From positions 10,766 through 74,765 of the forward strand of contig CAZSGP010000002.1 in NCBI GenBank assembly GCA_964606485.1: a stretch of 64,000 nt of DNA, in the 5' to 3' direction. A program made the position numbers and the translations under genes. Source of the DNA: an uncultured Planctomycetia bacterium (lineage in GTDB: Bacteria > Omnitrophota > Gorgyraeia > 2-02-FULL-51-18). The notes below the pieces were generated by a model. The model did no database searches. It had not been told where the DNA came from and worked only from the letters and a program-made list of their open reading frames with translations. This document shows positions 1-9,900 of the stretch, piece after piece. Every line of letters starts with the position of its first letter. The first letter of the stretch is position 1.

Positions 1-570
1 TTCAGGAGTGCGCATATCCGGCGGCAACAAGTGCTCCTCGATGTCCTTCACCGTAAACTGTGCTAATTGCGGAAGTTCTTCTAGACTCTTCAAACCAAAA
101 TGTTCCAAGAATTCAGTGGTGGTGCCGTACATGAATGGCCGGCCTGGAATATCTTTTTTCCCCACAATTTTGACCATGCTTTTTTCAAGCAGGGTCTTCA
201 GCGGGCCATCCACGTTCACGCCGCGGATAAACTCAATATCCGCCTTCGTAACGGGCTGACGGTAAGCAATTACCGATAGAATCTCGAGGCCCGCTTGCGA
301 AAGACGACGCTCAGAACGGTCCTGGTAAAAGCGTTTTAAATATGTTGAAAAACGCTCGTCTGAAACAAGCTGCCACCCGCCTGCAATTTCAAAAAGTTTA
401 AAACCACGAGGTGAATTTTCGTACTCCGCGCGTAAATCGTTCAACGCCTGAGTAATATCCCCCGCCGACACCTTTTCCTCGAATGCATTTCTTAAAATTT
501 CGGGTGTGAGCGGCCGTTCACTCGCAAATAAAACCGCCTCAAGCGCGTATTTCAAATCATTCGATTCCAA
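1..570 (-). CDS. scpB: Segregation and condensation protein B (ScpB), partial (N-terminal part; 3' end runs off window start)
   Basis: Minus-strand translation of 1-570 gives ...ALEAVLFASERPLTPEIL... and ...GRPFMYGTTTEFLEHFGL..., the ScpB winged-helix signatures. A TTG start at about 570 overlaps the scpA stop. Lies directly downstream of scpA. Confidence 0.8.
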   Translation of the reverse strand, partial: MESNDLKYALEAVLFASERPLTPEILRNAFEEKVSAGDITQALNDLRAEYENSPRGFKLFEIAGGWQLVSDERFSTYLKRFYQDRSERRLSQAGLEILSVIAYRQPVTKADIEFIRGVNVDGPLKTLLEKSMVKIVGKKDIPGRPFMYGTTTEFLEHFGLKSLEELPQLAQFTVKDIEEHLLPPDMRTPE

Positions 571-1285
571 GACGAGCCTCCGTGTTTTTTGAAATTTCTA
601 TTTCCTCAAAATGTCCGCTTTGTTCAATTTTTACTTCTTTCATGCGAATGAGCTCTAAGATCGCAAGAAAGATCGTGATCGCTTCGAACTTATTTTTGGT
701 TTCTTTGAAAAGCTGACTAAAATAAATCTTTCCGTGTCTTAAAAGGCGCTCAGAGATATTTTGAATTTTTTCTGCAACCGTGAACTCGTCGTTGACAACC
801 TGATGATAAGTTTCCTGCGGCAGTGACTTGAGCACATTGCCAAATGCCGTGATCAAGTCAAACAAGGAAACGGACAAAAACGGGCTCTCCCCTTCCGAGA
901 GCTCCGGCTCCACTCCAAAACGAGGAAATAAATGCGCACGCTTTTCTTCAAAGTCCTGCAGCTTCTGCGCCGCATCCTTAAACGCTTTGTACTCGAGCAG
1001 TCGCCGCACAAGTTCCGCGCGAGGATCTTCTTCTTGCACATCAACGGTGCTAGGGTCTGGCGGCAAAAGCATCTTGGACTTAATCTGCATCAACGATGCG
1101 GCCATGACTAAAAATTCGCCCGCAATGTCGAGATCCAGCATTTCCATCATATTGAGGTACTCAAGATACTGCGCGGTAATTGTTGTGATGGGGATGTCGT
1201 AAATATTCAACTCGTCCTTCTTGATCAAATAGAGCAAGAGGTCGAGCGGACCTTCAAAAACTTCCAAACGAATTTTATAGCCCAT
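557..1285 (-). CDS. scpA: Segregation and condensation protein A (ScpA)
   Basis: 242 aa; N-terminal FEGPLDLLLYLI motif typical of ScpA; conserved scpA-scpB pairing. Confidence 0.88.
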   Translation of the reverse strand: MGYKIRLEVFEGPLDLLLYLIKKDELNIYDIPITTITAQYLEYLNMMEMLDLDIAGEFLVMAASLMQIKSKMLLPPDPSTVDVQEEDPRAELVRRLLEYKAFKDAAQKLQDFEEKRAHLFPRFGVEPELSEGESPFLSVSLFDLITAFGNVLKSLPQETYHQVVNDEFTVAEKIQNISERLLRHGKIYFSQLFKETKNKFEAITIFLAILELIRMKEVKIEQSGHFEEIEISKNTEARLGIE

Positions 1286-1289
1286 AAAT

Positions 1290-2279
1290 TTAAGTTAGCA
1301 AATGAACCAGTTTTTTAACATCCCGCATGGTTTCCTGGGCAACCGCACTTGCCTTTTTGTGTCCTTCTTTTAAAATTTGATCAACGTAATCCATGTTCTG
1401 CGAAAGCTTCTCACGCTCACGGCGAATAGGCTCGAGCTTCTCTTCCAAAATTCCAGCCAGATTCTTTTTGCAGTCGATGCAGCCCTTTTGGGCACTCGTG
1501 CACCAATTATAAACGCTTTTCACCACAGAGTCGTTTGAAAAGATTTGGTAGTAAGAATACACATTGCAGGCGTCTGGATGTCCCGGATCTGAGACCTTAA
1601 TCCGCTGAGGATCGGTCACCATCGACGTCACGCGCTTAGCTAGCGACTCTTTGGTCTCCGAAAGATTAATCGCGTTGCCGTAACTTTTGGACATTTTTCG
1701 GCGATCAAGCCCCAGAATTCTCGCCTCTTTGGTTAGAAGCGCTTCTGGCTCAGGAAATAAATCTTTTTTATAGAAATGTTTGAAGCGGCGCACGATTTCG
1801 CGCGTAAGCTCTAAGTGTGCGAGTTGGTCCTCTCCGACGGGAACTTTATTGGCGCGGTAGAGCAAAATATCTGCCGCTTGCAAAACCGGATAGCCTAAAA
1901 ACCCAAACGTTGTTAAATCGCGTCCTTCGATTTCACGGAGCTGTTCTTTGTAAGTGGGGTTTCGTTCAAGCCAACCGAGCGGCGTCATCATTCCTAGGAT
2001 CAGCGCGAGCTCGGCGTGCTCCGGAATTTGGGATTGAACAAAGATGGTGGATTTTTCAGGCTTGATTCCGCAGGAAAGCCAGTCGAGCGCCATTTCAATG
2101 GAATTTTTTTTGATGTTTTCTGGTTTTTCGTATTCGCCCATCAGCGCGTGTAAATCGGCGATCATAAAAAAACAGTCGGAAGACTCCTGGAGACTCACCC
2201 AGTTTTGAAGTGCGCCCAAGAGATGCCCCAGATGAAGCGGGCCGGTGGGACGCATTCCCGATAGGACCCGGGACCTCAT
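1290..2279 (-). CDS. trpS: Tryptophanyl-tRNA synthetase
   Basis: 329 aa; class I HIGH-like GPLHLGH and KMSKS motifs; TrpRS length. Confidence 0.92.
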   Translation of the reverse strand: MRSRVLSGMRPTGPLHLGHLLGALQNWVSLQESSDCFFMIADLHALMGEYEKPENIKKNSIEMALDWLSCGIKPEKSTIFVQSQIPEHAELALILGMMTPLGWLERNPTYKEQLREIEGRDLTTFGFLGYPVLQAADILLYRANKVPVGEDQLAHLELTREIVRRFKHFYKKDLFPEPEALLTKEARILGLDRRKMSKSYGNAINLSETKESLAKRVTSMVTDPQRIKVSDPGHPDACNVYSYYQIFSNDSVVKSVYNWCTSAQKGCIDCKKNLAGILEEKLEPIRREREKLSQNMDYVDQILKEGHKKASAVAQETMRDVKKLVHLLT

Positions 2280-2280
2280 G

Positions 2281-4596
2281 CTATTCTAGCTTTCTCTCTT
2301 TCTTCTGGATTTCGAAAACTTCGATTCTGTCTCCGGGAAGAATGTCATCAAAATTAGAAACGCCGATACCGCACTCGAAGCCTTCCAGCACTTCGCGCGC
2401 ATCATCTTTAAAGCGTTTTAAACTAATAACCTTCCCCTCGTGAACCTTGGCCCCTGCGCGCGTGACGCGGCATTGGAAATTACGAACAATTTTACCTTTG
2501 GAGACCGAGCATCCTGCAATGGCACCGGCTGCCTTTGAAACTTTGAATACCTGGCGAACTTCGGCAACTCCTACAAACATTTCTTTGAGTTCGGGCTCGA
2601 GCAAGCCTTCCATGGCTTTTTCAATGGCGGTTTTGACTTCATAAATAATTTCGTAGAAACGCACGTCCACTTGCTCCCGCTCTGCAAAATCTTTGGCGGC
2701 AGTTGCAATACCCACGTGGAACCCAATCACTACCGCGTCAGAAGCGGCGGCAAGCATGGCGTCGGACTCGCTGACGTCTCCGGTGCCGGAGTGAATGATG
2801 TTGATGCGAACGTTCTTGGCCTGAATTTTTCCGAGTGTTGCGCGAAGCGCTTCAACAGAACCTTGCACGTCGGACTTGATAATTAGTTTCAGCTCAGATA
2901 CTTTTCCGGATTTTACTTCTTCGGATAAATGCTCCAAGCTCATGTGCCCAGCAAAACGTCCGCCTTCGGCGCGACGCTTGTCTTCCATTTGATCTACAAT
3001 TTCCTTGGCTTTTTTCTCGTCTTTAACGACATAGAACCGGTCTCCCGCCTTCGGAACACGTTCCAAGCCTAAAATTTCAACAGGCATTGAAGGAGGCGCC
3101 TCTTTCACGCGCACGCCGCGATCGTTTATCATGGCTCTAACCTTGCAATAAGTGCCGCCAACGACTGCAAAGTCGCCGATGCGGAGCGTTCCGTCTTGCA
3201 CGAGAACCGTCGCAAGCACACCGGTTTCTTTCGAAAGCTGAGCCTCCACCACCACACCAGTGGCTGCGGCTTGCGGGTCGGCCTTAAGTTCTAAGAGCTC
3301 GGATTCCAAAATAAGCATTTCTAAAAGATCGTCGATTCCCTTACCCGTTTTAGCGGACACTCCCACCATCACAGTTTTTCCGCCCCAGTCTTCGGTCATC
3401 AGACCGTGTTCCATGAGGCCTTTTTTGACGCGGTCAGGATTGGCGGAAGGCAAATCCATTTTATTGATCGCCACGATAATTGGAACATTCGCTGCTTTAG
3501 CGTGATCAATGGCTTCCACAGTTTGAGGCATGACACCATCATCTGCTGCCACGACAAGCACCACCACGTCAGTAGCTTTGGCACCGCGTGCACGCATGGC
3601 CGTAAAGGCTTCGTGGCCCGGTGTATCTAGAAAAGTGACAGCGCCCTTTGGTAAAAACACTTCATACGCGCCGATGTGTTGAGTAATTCCCCCGGCTTCA
3701 CCAGCAGCTACCTTGGTTTGGCGGATCGCATCGAGTAGCGACGTTTTGCCGTGATCCACGTGACCCATAAACGTCACGATCGGAGCACGCATCACCATTT
3801 TCGATTGGTCTTTTACAATTACATTTTCTGCGGTCTGAGAAACTTCCTCGATCTCTTTTAATTTTTCAACTTCAAAACCAAGTTCGGTGGCAAGTTTAGC
3901 TGCAGCTTCAAATTTAATGGTCTGATTAATATTTGCAAAAATTCCGAGCTTAATGAGTCTGGCGATGATGTCGCTAGGGTTGAGCGATAACTGCTCTGAT
4001 AAACTTTTCACAACCACTGTTGCGGCGATCTGAATCTTTTTAGCGGGCTTTGGCTCCGGAGCGTGCGTGGGTGCGCTAGGTACAAACGAAGGCCGAATAT
4101 TTTTCTTTGGATCAATATAAGGCGTCTTGGGTTTAAAAGGTGTTTGTGCAACAACGGGCTTGCGAAACGCGGGGCTCTGCGTCACTGCTGGTGCATCCGG
4201 AATACGGGGCTTACGAATCTCAGGTGTCACATGGGCGGTCTTAACCGCATTGCGCTGAAGTAAAAGTTCTTGTTTAACGGACTCAATTGAAGAGGTTTGG
4301 CGGTTACCAGATACCGGCGCACTCGGCGCGGGAGTTGCAGGAGCCACTGGAGTTGCTGTAGCTGCTGGGGCTTTAACGGGTGTCACAGGCTTCGCTGGCT
4401 CAGCGGATTTTACTGGCTCAGCGGTTTTTTTTTCGGCAACCTTCTTTTCGCCAGTGGTTTTTATCTTTTTAACATCTTGCTCTGCAAGAACGCTCATGTG
4501 GCTTTTAGCGTCAATGCCAAGTGATTTAAGTTTTTCGATTAATTCCTTGGAGCTTAGTTTTAGCTCCTTAGCAAGCTCATGAACCCGGATTGACAT
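2281..4596 (-). CDS. infB: Translation initiation factor IF-2
   Basis: 771 aa; G-domain [28 protein letters not shown]; low-complexity Ala/Pro/Lys-rich N-terminus. Confidence 0.95.
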   Translation of the reverse strand: MSIRVHELAKELKLSSKELIEKLKSLGIDAKSHMSVLAEQDVKKIKTTGEKKVAEKKTAEPVKSAEPAKPVTPVKAPAATATPVAPATPAPSAPVSGNRQTSSIESVKQELLLQRNAVKTAHVTPEIRKPRIPDAPAVTQSPAFRKPVVAQTPFKPKTPYIDPKKNIRPSFVPSAPTHAPEPKPAKKIQIAATVVVKSLSEQLSLNPSDIIARLIKLGIFANINQTIKFEAAAKLATELGFEVEKLKEIEEVSQTAENVIVKDQSKMVMRAPIVTFMGHVDHGKTSLLDAIRQTKVAAGEAGGITQHIGAYEVFLPKGAVTFLDTPGHEAFTAMRARGAKATDVVVLVVAADDGVMPQTVEAIDHAKAANVPIIVAINKMDLPSANPDRVKKGLMEHGLMTEDWGGKTVMVGVSAKTGKGIDDLLEMLILESELLELKADPQAAATGVVVEAQLSKETGVLATVLVQDGTLRIGDFAVVGGTYCKVRAMINDRGVRVKEAPPSMPVEILGLERVPKAGDRFYVVKDEKKAKEIVDQMEDKRRAEGGRFAGHMSLEHLSEEVKSGKVSELKLIIKSDVQGSVEALRATLGKIQAKNVRINIIHSGTGDVSESDAMLAAASDAVVIGFHVGIATAAKDFAEREQVDVRFYEIIYEVKTAIEKAMEGLLEPELKEMFVGVAEVRQVFKVSKAAGAIAGCSVSKGKIVRNFQCRVTRAGAKVHEGKVISLKRFKDDAREVLEGFECGIGVSNFDDILPGDRIEVFEIQKKERKLE

Positions 4597-5785
4597 TTTT
4601 CAGAGCCTCGCAAATTTTTTCAGCTGTTTTTTTTCCAATGCCTTTAATTTCCAAAAGCTGTTCTTCGGAAAGCATCTTTAAATCCTCGATGGATTTATAA
4701 CCGGCTTCAACCAGCGCTTCAGCCGTCTTAGGACCAATCCCCTCAATCCCTGAAAATGCACCGGCGTCCGAAGTTTCAGCCGCCTCAGGAGTCTCCGTGG
4801 AAACGGCTTCTTCGTCATTCATTTGTGATTCTAATTTTTCTTTGACGATTTCTTTTTTCGAGCGGATATCAATCGACCAACCCGTAAGTTTTGAAGCTAG
4901 GCGCACGTTCTGTCCGTTTTTTCCGATGGCTAAAGACAGCTGATCATCGCTGACCACCACCTCAATTTTTCCATTCGCTTCATCTAAAATTTTAACAGCG
5001 TCTGCAACAGCGGGGGAAAGGGCTGCCTTCACGTATTCCACTACATCTTCGCTGTAGCGGATAATGTCAATTTTCTCACCCTGAAGCTCTTTAACGACGC
5101 CCTTCACACGCGAACCTCTCACACCTACACAGGCACCAACCGAATCAATTTTGTCGTTGGCTGACCACACTGCAATTTTTGTACGGTCCCCGGCTTCGCG
5201 TGAAACACCCTTAATTTCAACTGTTCCGTCCGAAATCTCAGGAACTTCCATAGCAAATAAACAGCGAACAAAAGACGGATGACTGCGGGACAAGACCACT
5301 TGCGGACCCTTCGCAGCTTTATTGACTTCTAAAACATAGGCGCGAATGGTGTCGCCCTGACGGTAATTGTCGCGCGGCGAAAGTTCGCGCTTGGGAAGAA
5401 CCGCTTCGGTTTTTCCGAGATCGATCAAAAGCGAGCCTTTTTCGAAGCGGTAAACGGTGCCACTCACAATGGAATCTGCTTTTCCATTAAACTCATTGAA
5501 GATCACATTGCGTTCGGCTTCACGTAGCTTCTGAAAAATAACCTGTTTAGCGGTTTGGGCGGCAATGCGGCCAAACTCATTGGAAATGGTTTCCTTGCCG
5601 TCAACCAAAACGCGAATGCGTCCAGTGGCGAGGTCCATTTTTACAACAACCTCTTTATCCTTGTCGTGAATCATCTTTCGAGCGGCTGAAACTAAAGCGG
5701 CTTCGATGGACTCCACCAGGACTTCCCGGCTGATGCCTTTTTCTTTTTCGATGTTTTCTAAAACTGAAATAAGCTCTGTGCTCAT
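4577..5785 (-). CDS. nusA: Transcription termination/antitermination factor NusA (start trimmed to MSTELISVLENIEKEKGI)
   Basis: N-terminal NusA domain, S1 and KH regions (GKNGQNVRLASKLTGW), C-terminal acidic repeat. The longer ORF reaching 5854 is taken to be a spurious 5' extension. Confidence 0.92.
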   Translation of the reverse strand: MSTELISVLENIEKEKGISREVLVESIEAALVSAARKMIHDKDKEVVVKMDLATGRIRVLVDGKETISNEFGRIAAQTAKQVIFQKLREAERNVIFNEFNGKADSIVSGTVYRFEKGSLLIDLGKTEAVLPKRELSPRDNYRQGDTIRAYVLEVNKAAKGPQVVLSRSHPSFVRCLFAMEVPEISDGTVEIKGVSREAGDRTKIAVWSANDKIDSVGACVGVRGSRVKGVVKELQGEKIDIIRYSEDVVEYVKAALSPAVADAVKILDEANGKIEVVVSDDQLSLAIGKNGQNVRLASKLTGWSIDIRSKKEIVKEKLESQMNDEEAVSTETPEAAETSDAGAFSGIEGIGPKTAEALVEAGYKSIEDLKMLSEEQLLEIKGIGKKTAEKICEALKNVNPGS

Positions 5786-5811
5786 AAATTTAAATACTCT
5801 CTTATTGTTGC

Positions 5812-5837
5812 AACCCGCCACAAAGCGTCGGCGGGTT
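5812..5837 (-). promoter_or_regulatory. Stable hairpin in nusA 5' leader (8-bp stem AACCCGCC/GGCGGGTT)
   Basis: Inverted repeat seen directly in the 165-bp nusA-proS gap, about 30 nt upstream of the nusA ATG. A second 5-bp GC hairpin (CGCCG..CGGCG) lies at about 5854-5867. Confidence 0.4.
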
Positions 5838-5873
5838 CGTCCTTCGCCCGGCAAACTACCGCCGGCCTCGGCG

Positions 5874-5903
5874 AAAAAAAATAGTGGGCCTGCTCAACCC
5901 ACT
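5874..5903 (-). terminator. Rho-independent terminator downstream of proS
   Basis: On the minus strand: hairpin AGUGGG-9 nt loop-CCCACU followed by an 8-U tract, about 45 nt after the proS stop. Confidence 0.7.
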
Positions 5904-5950
5904 TTCTCCGTTTAAAACCGTGATTGAATTATGTTGTTAATGTAGCAAAA

Positions 5951-7672
5951 TCAAGGGATTCTGTCAAGAATCTCGACGATTTTCGAGGGGATTTCTGCGA
6001 TGTCAATAACAAGGAGCTCCTGGGTCTTTCGGACCTTTAGCTCCACCTTGCCGTTTTTGAGATTTTTAGGGCCCAGCACGAGACGCAGGGGGATTCCCAC
6101 GAGATCAGCATCGTTAAATTTATACCCAGCCGTTTCGGCCCGGTCGTCTACGAGAATATCGATGCCCTTCGCTTGAAGCTCTTTGGAGGAAAGCACTGAT
6201 TCTACAATCTGCTTAGACTGAGTATCATTGGGCTCTAGCATCACCACCAGCAGTTGATACGGGGCGATGTTTTTAGGCCAGATAATCCCCTTGTCGTCCG
6301 AACTCTGCTCAATGGCTGCGGCTAGAATTCGGTTTACCCCGATCCCATAACAACCCATCACCATTGGCTTTTCTTTGCCATCCTTATCGAGATAAAGCGC
6401 CTTAAGAGGCTCGGAGTAGCGAAGATTAAGCTTAAAGATGTGGCCTAACTCGATTGCCGTCTTAAAATGCAACGCGATCTCATTTCCGTCCTTTTCCGCT
6501 TTGTCCCCTTCTACGGCATGACGAAAATCACCAACCACGTGGCCTTCGGCGTAAAAATCTCCTAAATTTACATCTGTCAAATGATAGCCTGACTCATTCG
6601 CGCCAACGATGAAGTTTTTCATTTTTAATAAATCAGCATCCAAATAAACCGGAAGTTTTAATCCAATTGGTCCGCTAAATCCAAACGCCGACCCGATCCG
6701 GTCAATGGTATCCCGCGAAGCCATCCGGCATCCTGGCTCTACTTTTCTCACCTTATACTCGCTCACCTCATGATCCCCTCGCACGAGCACGGCAAAAACT
6801 TTTTTACCGTCAGACGACTCGTAAATCATGGTCTTCACCAAATCTTTGGGTTCTTTTTTTAAGAGCGTGGCGACACCCTCAACACTGCTGTGACCCGGTG
6901 TGTGAACTTTCTTAAAATTTCCTTTTTCGGAGAGACTTGGGGCCGTTTTATCAAAGGCGCGTTGCGCCATTTCAGCGCTCATCACCTTATCGGTATCGCC
7001 GTACTGCACCATCCAATCCTCACCCGCGTCGGAGAACAAAATAAATTCTTGCGACCCCGAGCCCCCCATCGCGCCAGGATCAGCTAACACAATATGAAAA
7101 TCGAGGCCGCAACGCGTGAATATTTTCTTGTACGCCTCTTTCATCGCATCGTAGGTTTTGTCGAGCGACCCGTTCGAGGTGTGAAAACTGTAAGCGTCTT
7201 TCATAATGAACTCGCGGCTACGGATAATTCCGGAACGCGGGCGCATTTCATCGCGAAATTTGGTTTGAATTTGGTAGAGCGTCACTGGAAGCTGTTTGTA
7301 GGAGCGGATTTCGCGGCGCGCAAGGTCCGTGATCACCTCTTCGTGAGTTGGCCCAAGCACGTTGTCTTTGCCGTGGCGATCTTTAAAATGCACCATGTCA
7401 TCACCCATGATTTCATAGCGACCAGACTCCTTCCAGAGCTCCGCCGGATGAATCGCTGGAAGCAAGATCTCTAGCGCGCCCGCACGGTCCATTTCCTCGC
7501 GCACAATTTGAGCGGCTTTATGAAGCGATCTTAATCCTAGCGGCAAATAGCTATAGGTGCCGCTCGCGAGCTTTCGCACAAGCCCCGCGCGCAGCATCAG
7601 CCGGTGGCTTTTAATCTGCGCTTCTTGCGGCGTTTCCTTTAGCGTTGGAATTAGGGTTTGAGACCAGAGCAT
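5951..7672 (-). CDS. proS: Prolyl-tRNA synthetase (start trimmed to MLWSQTLIPTLKETPQEA)
   Basis: Class II aaRS motifs, anticodon-binding domain and C-terminal ProRS domain; about 574 aa. Confidence 0.92.
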   Translation of the reverse strand: MLWSQTLIPTLKETPQEAQIKSHRLMLRAGLVRKLASGTYSYLPLGLRSLHKAAQIVREEMDRAGALEILLPAIHPAELWKESGRYEIMGDDMVHFKDRHGKDNVLGPTHEEVITDLARREIRSYKQLPVTLYQIQTKFRDEMRPRSGIIRSREFIMKDAYSFHTSNGSLDKTYDAMKEAYKKIFTRCGLDFHIVLADPGAMGGSGSQEFILFSDAGEDWMVQYGDTDKVMSAEMAQRAFDKTAPSLSEKGNFKKVHTPGHSSVEGVATLLKKEPKDLVKTMIYESSDGKKVFAVLVRGDHEVSEYKVRKVEPGCRMASRDTIDRIGSAFGFSGPIGLKLPVYLDADLLKMKNFIVGANESGYHLTDVNLGDFYAEGHVVGDFRHAVEGDKAEKDGNEIALHFKTAIELGHIFKLNLRYSEPLKALYLDKDGKEKPMVMGCYGIGVNRILAAAIEQSSDDKGIIWPKNIAPYQLLVVMLEPNDTQSKQIVESVLSSKELQAKGIDILVDDRAETAGYKFNDADLVGIPLRLVLGPKNLKNGKVELKVRKTQELLVIDIAEIPSKIVEILDRIP

Positions 7673-7682
7673 AGAATGTGTA

Positions 7683-8294
7683 TTAAATAGCAATTTGCTT
7701 AAAACTGCAACACTTGGCAACGGCCGACAAAACGACCTGATTGAGCTTGGGCGCAAGCTTCGTACAGGCTTTCAAAAAATCATGGTCTGCATTTTTATCG
7801 GCGCTGTCGGAAATAAGCTTAATCACCTTAAATTTTATCTTCTCTGTTTTGCAAAAGTAGGCCACTGCATAAGACTCCATGTCACAGGCAATAGACTTCA
7901 CCTTCTTCGGTTTTTTGGATTTCGCGTAAGGGTTCTCAGTGAGAAATCGGTCCTGGGTTAAAATGATGCTTCGCTTGGAGCTGCGAACAAGAGACGGAGT
8001 TTTGATTGAAATTTTATTCGGAAATTTTTCAAACGGCTCGGCGCAGTAATCCTGTTCCACAAATTCGCTTGGCTCAATAAGATCCCCCACTTTTAAATCG
8101 GGCGTAAGTCCTCCGGCAAAACCAATCAGAAGAATCCATTGAAGAGACGAGTGTTTCTTATGAAGCTTCGACGCGGCATGCAGCGCCCTAACTTTACCCA
8201 TGCCGGAGAGCACGACATCAACTCGCTTATCCTTAAAAAGCGCTTTGGATAGCGCTTTGTATTCAAACGCGCTCGGACAAATAATTCCAATCAC
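7683..8294 (-). CDS. MTA/SAH nucleosidase-family (PNP_UDP_1) short nucleosidase; Pfs/MtnN or futalosine hydrolase MqnB-like
   Basis: 203 aa; SGMGKVRALHAA ... GFAGGL ... KVGDLIEP pattern matching the Pfs/MTAN fold. Its short length resembles MqnB. Confidence 0.65.
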   Translation of the reverse strand: MIGIICPSAFEYKALSKALFKDKRVDVVLSGMGKVRALHAASKLHKKHSSLQWILLIGFAGGLTPDLKVGDLIEPSEFVEQDYCAEPFEKFPNKISIKTPSLVRSSKRSIILTQDRFLTENPYAKSKKPKKVKSIACDMESYAVAYFCKTEKIKFKVIKLISDSADKNADHDFLKACTKLAPKLNQVVLSAVAKCCSFKQIAI

Positions 8295-8812
8295 GAGTAA
8301 CGCACCAAAGTATGAACCGGTAAATTTTTCAAGCGAGCGCGGCCTTTAAGTCCGGCGAGCTCAATTAAAAAATAAGCGCCATCCACCTGGACACCGCATT
8401 TCCGGGCAAGGCTCGCCGCCGCTTCGGCCGTGCCACCGGTTGCAAGCACGTCGTCGACAATCACCGCCCTTTTTCCTTTTTTCATCGAATCTTTGTGAAT
8501 CTCAAGAACGGCCTCGCCGTATTCCAATTCACAACTGGCCTTGAATGTTTTATGAGGCAGCTTCCCCGCTTTGCGCACCGGCACAAAACCGGCTTTCAGC
8601 GCATGTGCGAGCGCCGACCCAAAAATAAACCCCCTTGATTCAATGGAGATTACGTAATCGATCTTGCGCTTAGAAATTTTTGAAAAGGAATCAATGCAAT
8701 AAGAAAACGATTTAGGGTCAAGCAGAAGTGGCGTGATATCGCGAAACAGAATTCCCTTTTTTGGAAAATCGGGAATAGCTCTAATTTTCTTTTTAAGGAG
8801 AGCTTCCGACAA
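8291..8812 (-). CDS. apt: Adenine phosphoribosyltransferase
   Basis: 173 aa; IRAIPDFPKKGILFRDITPLL and VDDVLATGGT PRPP-binding motif. Confidence 0.92.
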   Translation of the reverse strand: MSEALLKKKIRAIPDFPKKGILFRDITPLLLDPKSFSYCIDSFSKISKRKIDYVISIESRGFIFGSALAHALKAGFVPVRKAGKLPHKTFKASCELEYGEAVLEIHKDSMKKGKRAVIVDDVLATGGTAEAAASLARKCGVQVDGAYFLIELAGLKGRARLKNLPVHTLVRYS

Positions 8813-8820
8813 CGCCGTTC

Positions 8821-9900
8821 TTACCTTTTAAAGAATTTAAGAATATTATCGAGAATAGCAAAGCGGTGCACGTCCTGCAAAATCACAAACGCCATCAGTC
8901 CTAAGAGAGCAACCATCCCGCCTTGTGTCATTTTCTCTTTAAAAGAATCCTTGAGTGGCGAGCCTTTTATTTTTTCGATGATAATAAAAAGCACATGCCC
9001 GCCGTCTAAAACAGGAATCGGTAAGAGATTGAGCACAAATAAACTCATACTAAGCGATGCCATGAAATAAAATAAATAAACGGCTCCCATCTGAGCGGCT
9101 GATTGCGTCATAAAATAAATACCGATCGGCCCCGTGAGCGATTCTTTAAAGGGCAAAGTGCCTGTCACTAAAAGCCATAGTGAATAAAAAATCATTCCGG
9201 TCATCATGACCACGCGATCAAAACCCATCTGAATGGACTTGAACACCGGCGACTTCACGTAAACCACGTCGGAGCCCGGCGAAATACCCACGAAGGAAGT
9301 TGATGTCGCCTTCCCAAAAATATCCTTGGCTTCACGTGTCGTGGGTGTCACCGCCAAATCCACGAGCTGACCCGAGCGATCCACGCGAAATGACAACGGA
9401 CCTTTCGTTTCATGAATCTTTTTTAAAAGATCTTCCCAGTACTGAACCGGCGCGCCATCCACCGCCACCACTTTATCCTGAGCAAGTAAACCGGCGCTTT
9501 GCGCGGGAGATCCCTCAAGCACCTTTCCGATCGTAGCCGTCATGACGGGTTGCCCCAACATGAACACGGCGGAAAAAATCACAAATGAAAGAAGAGCATT
9601 CATGAATGGCCCCGCAAAAACCACCGCAAATTTTTGCAGCAGGTTCTTGGAATTAAATTCCCAGGGTTTCCCGGTAGACTCATCAGCGCTTTCACCGGCA
9701 AGCTTCACGAACCCGCCGAGCGGTAAAAGCGAAACACAGTATTCGGTCTCCCCCATTTTCTTCCCAAATATCACAGGCCCAAAACCGACTGAAAACTTCT
9801 CGACTCGAATCCCCACCGCGCGCGCCACAATAAAATGACCAAATTCATGCACGATGACGAGTACCCCTAAAACAAAAATAAATGTCAGCGCGCCAAACAT
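8821..9900 (-). CDS. rseP: RIP zinc metalloprotease RseP (site-2 protease family M50)
   Basis: 359 aa; HEFGHFIVAR zinc motif, PDZ region, C-terminal LDGG; conserved position downstream of dxr. Confidence 0.9.
   Translation of the reverse strand: MFGALTFIFVLGVLVIVHEFGHFIVARAVGIRVEKFSVGFGPVIFGKKMGETEYCVSLLPLGGFVKLAGESADESTGKPWEFNSKNLLQKFAVVFAGPFMNALLSFVIFSAVFMLGQPVMTATIGKVLEGSPAQSAGLLAQDKVVAVDGAPVQYWEDLLKKIHETKGPLSFRVDRSGQLVDLAVTPTTREAKDIFGKATSTSFVGISPGSDVVYVKSPVFKSIQMGFDRVVMMTGMIFYSLWLLVTGTLPFKESLTGPIGIYFMTQSAAQMGAVYLFYFMASLSMSLFVLNLLPIPVLDGGHVLFIIIEKIKGSPLKDSFKEKMTQGGMVALLGLMAFVILQDVHRFAILDNILKFFKR

Noticed and set aside
8-259. 83-aa plus-strand ORF at the window start
   Set aside because: The minus-strand frame over the same bases encodes the conserved ScpB winged-helix domain, so the plus ORF is a shadow frame.
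5786-5950. Possible tRNA, SRP RNA or other small RNA in the only 165-bp spacer
   Set aside because: No cloverleaf, T-loop GTTC, anticodon-stem pattern or SRP domain IV motif is present. The structure is fully explained by a proS terminator plus nusA leader hairpins.
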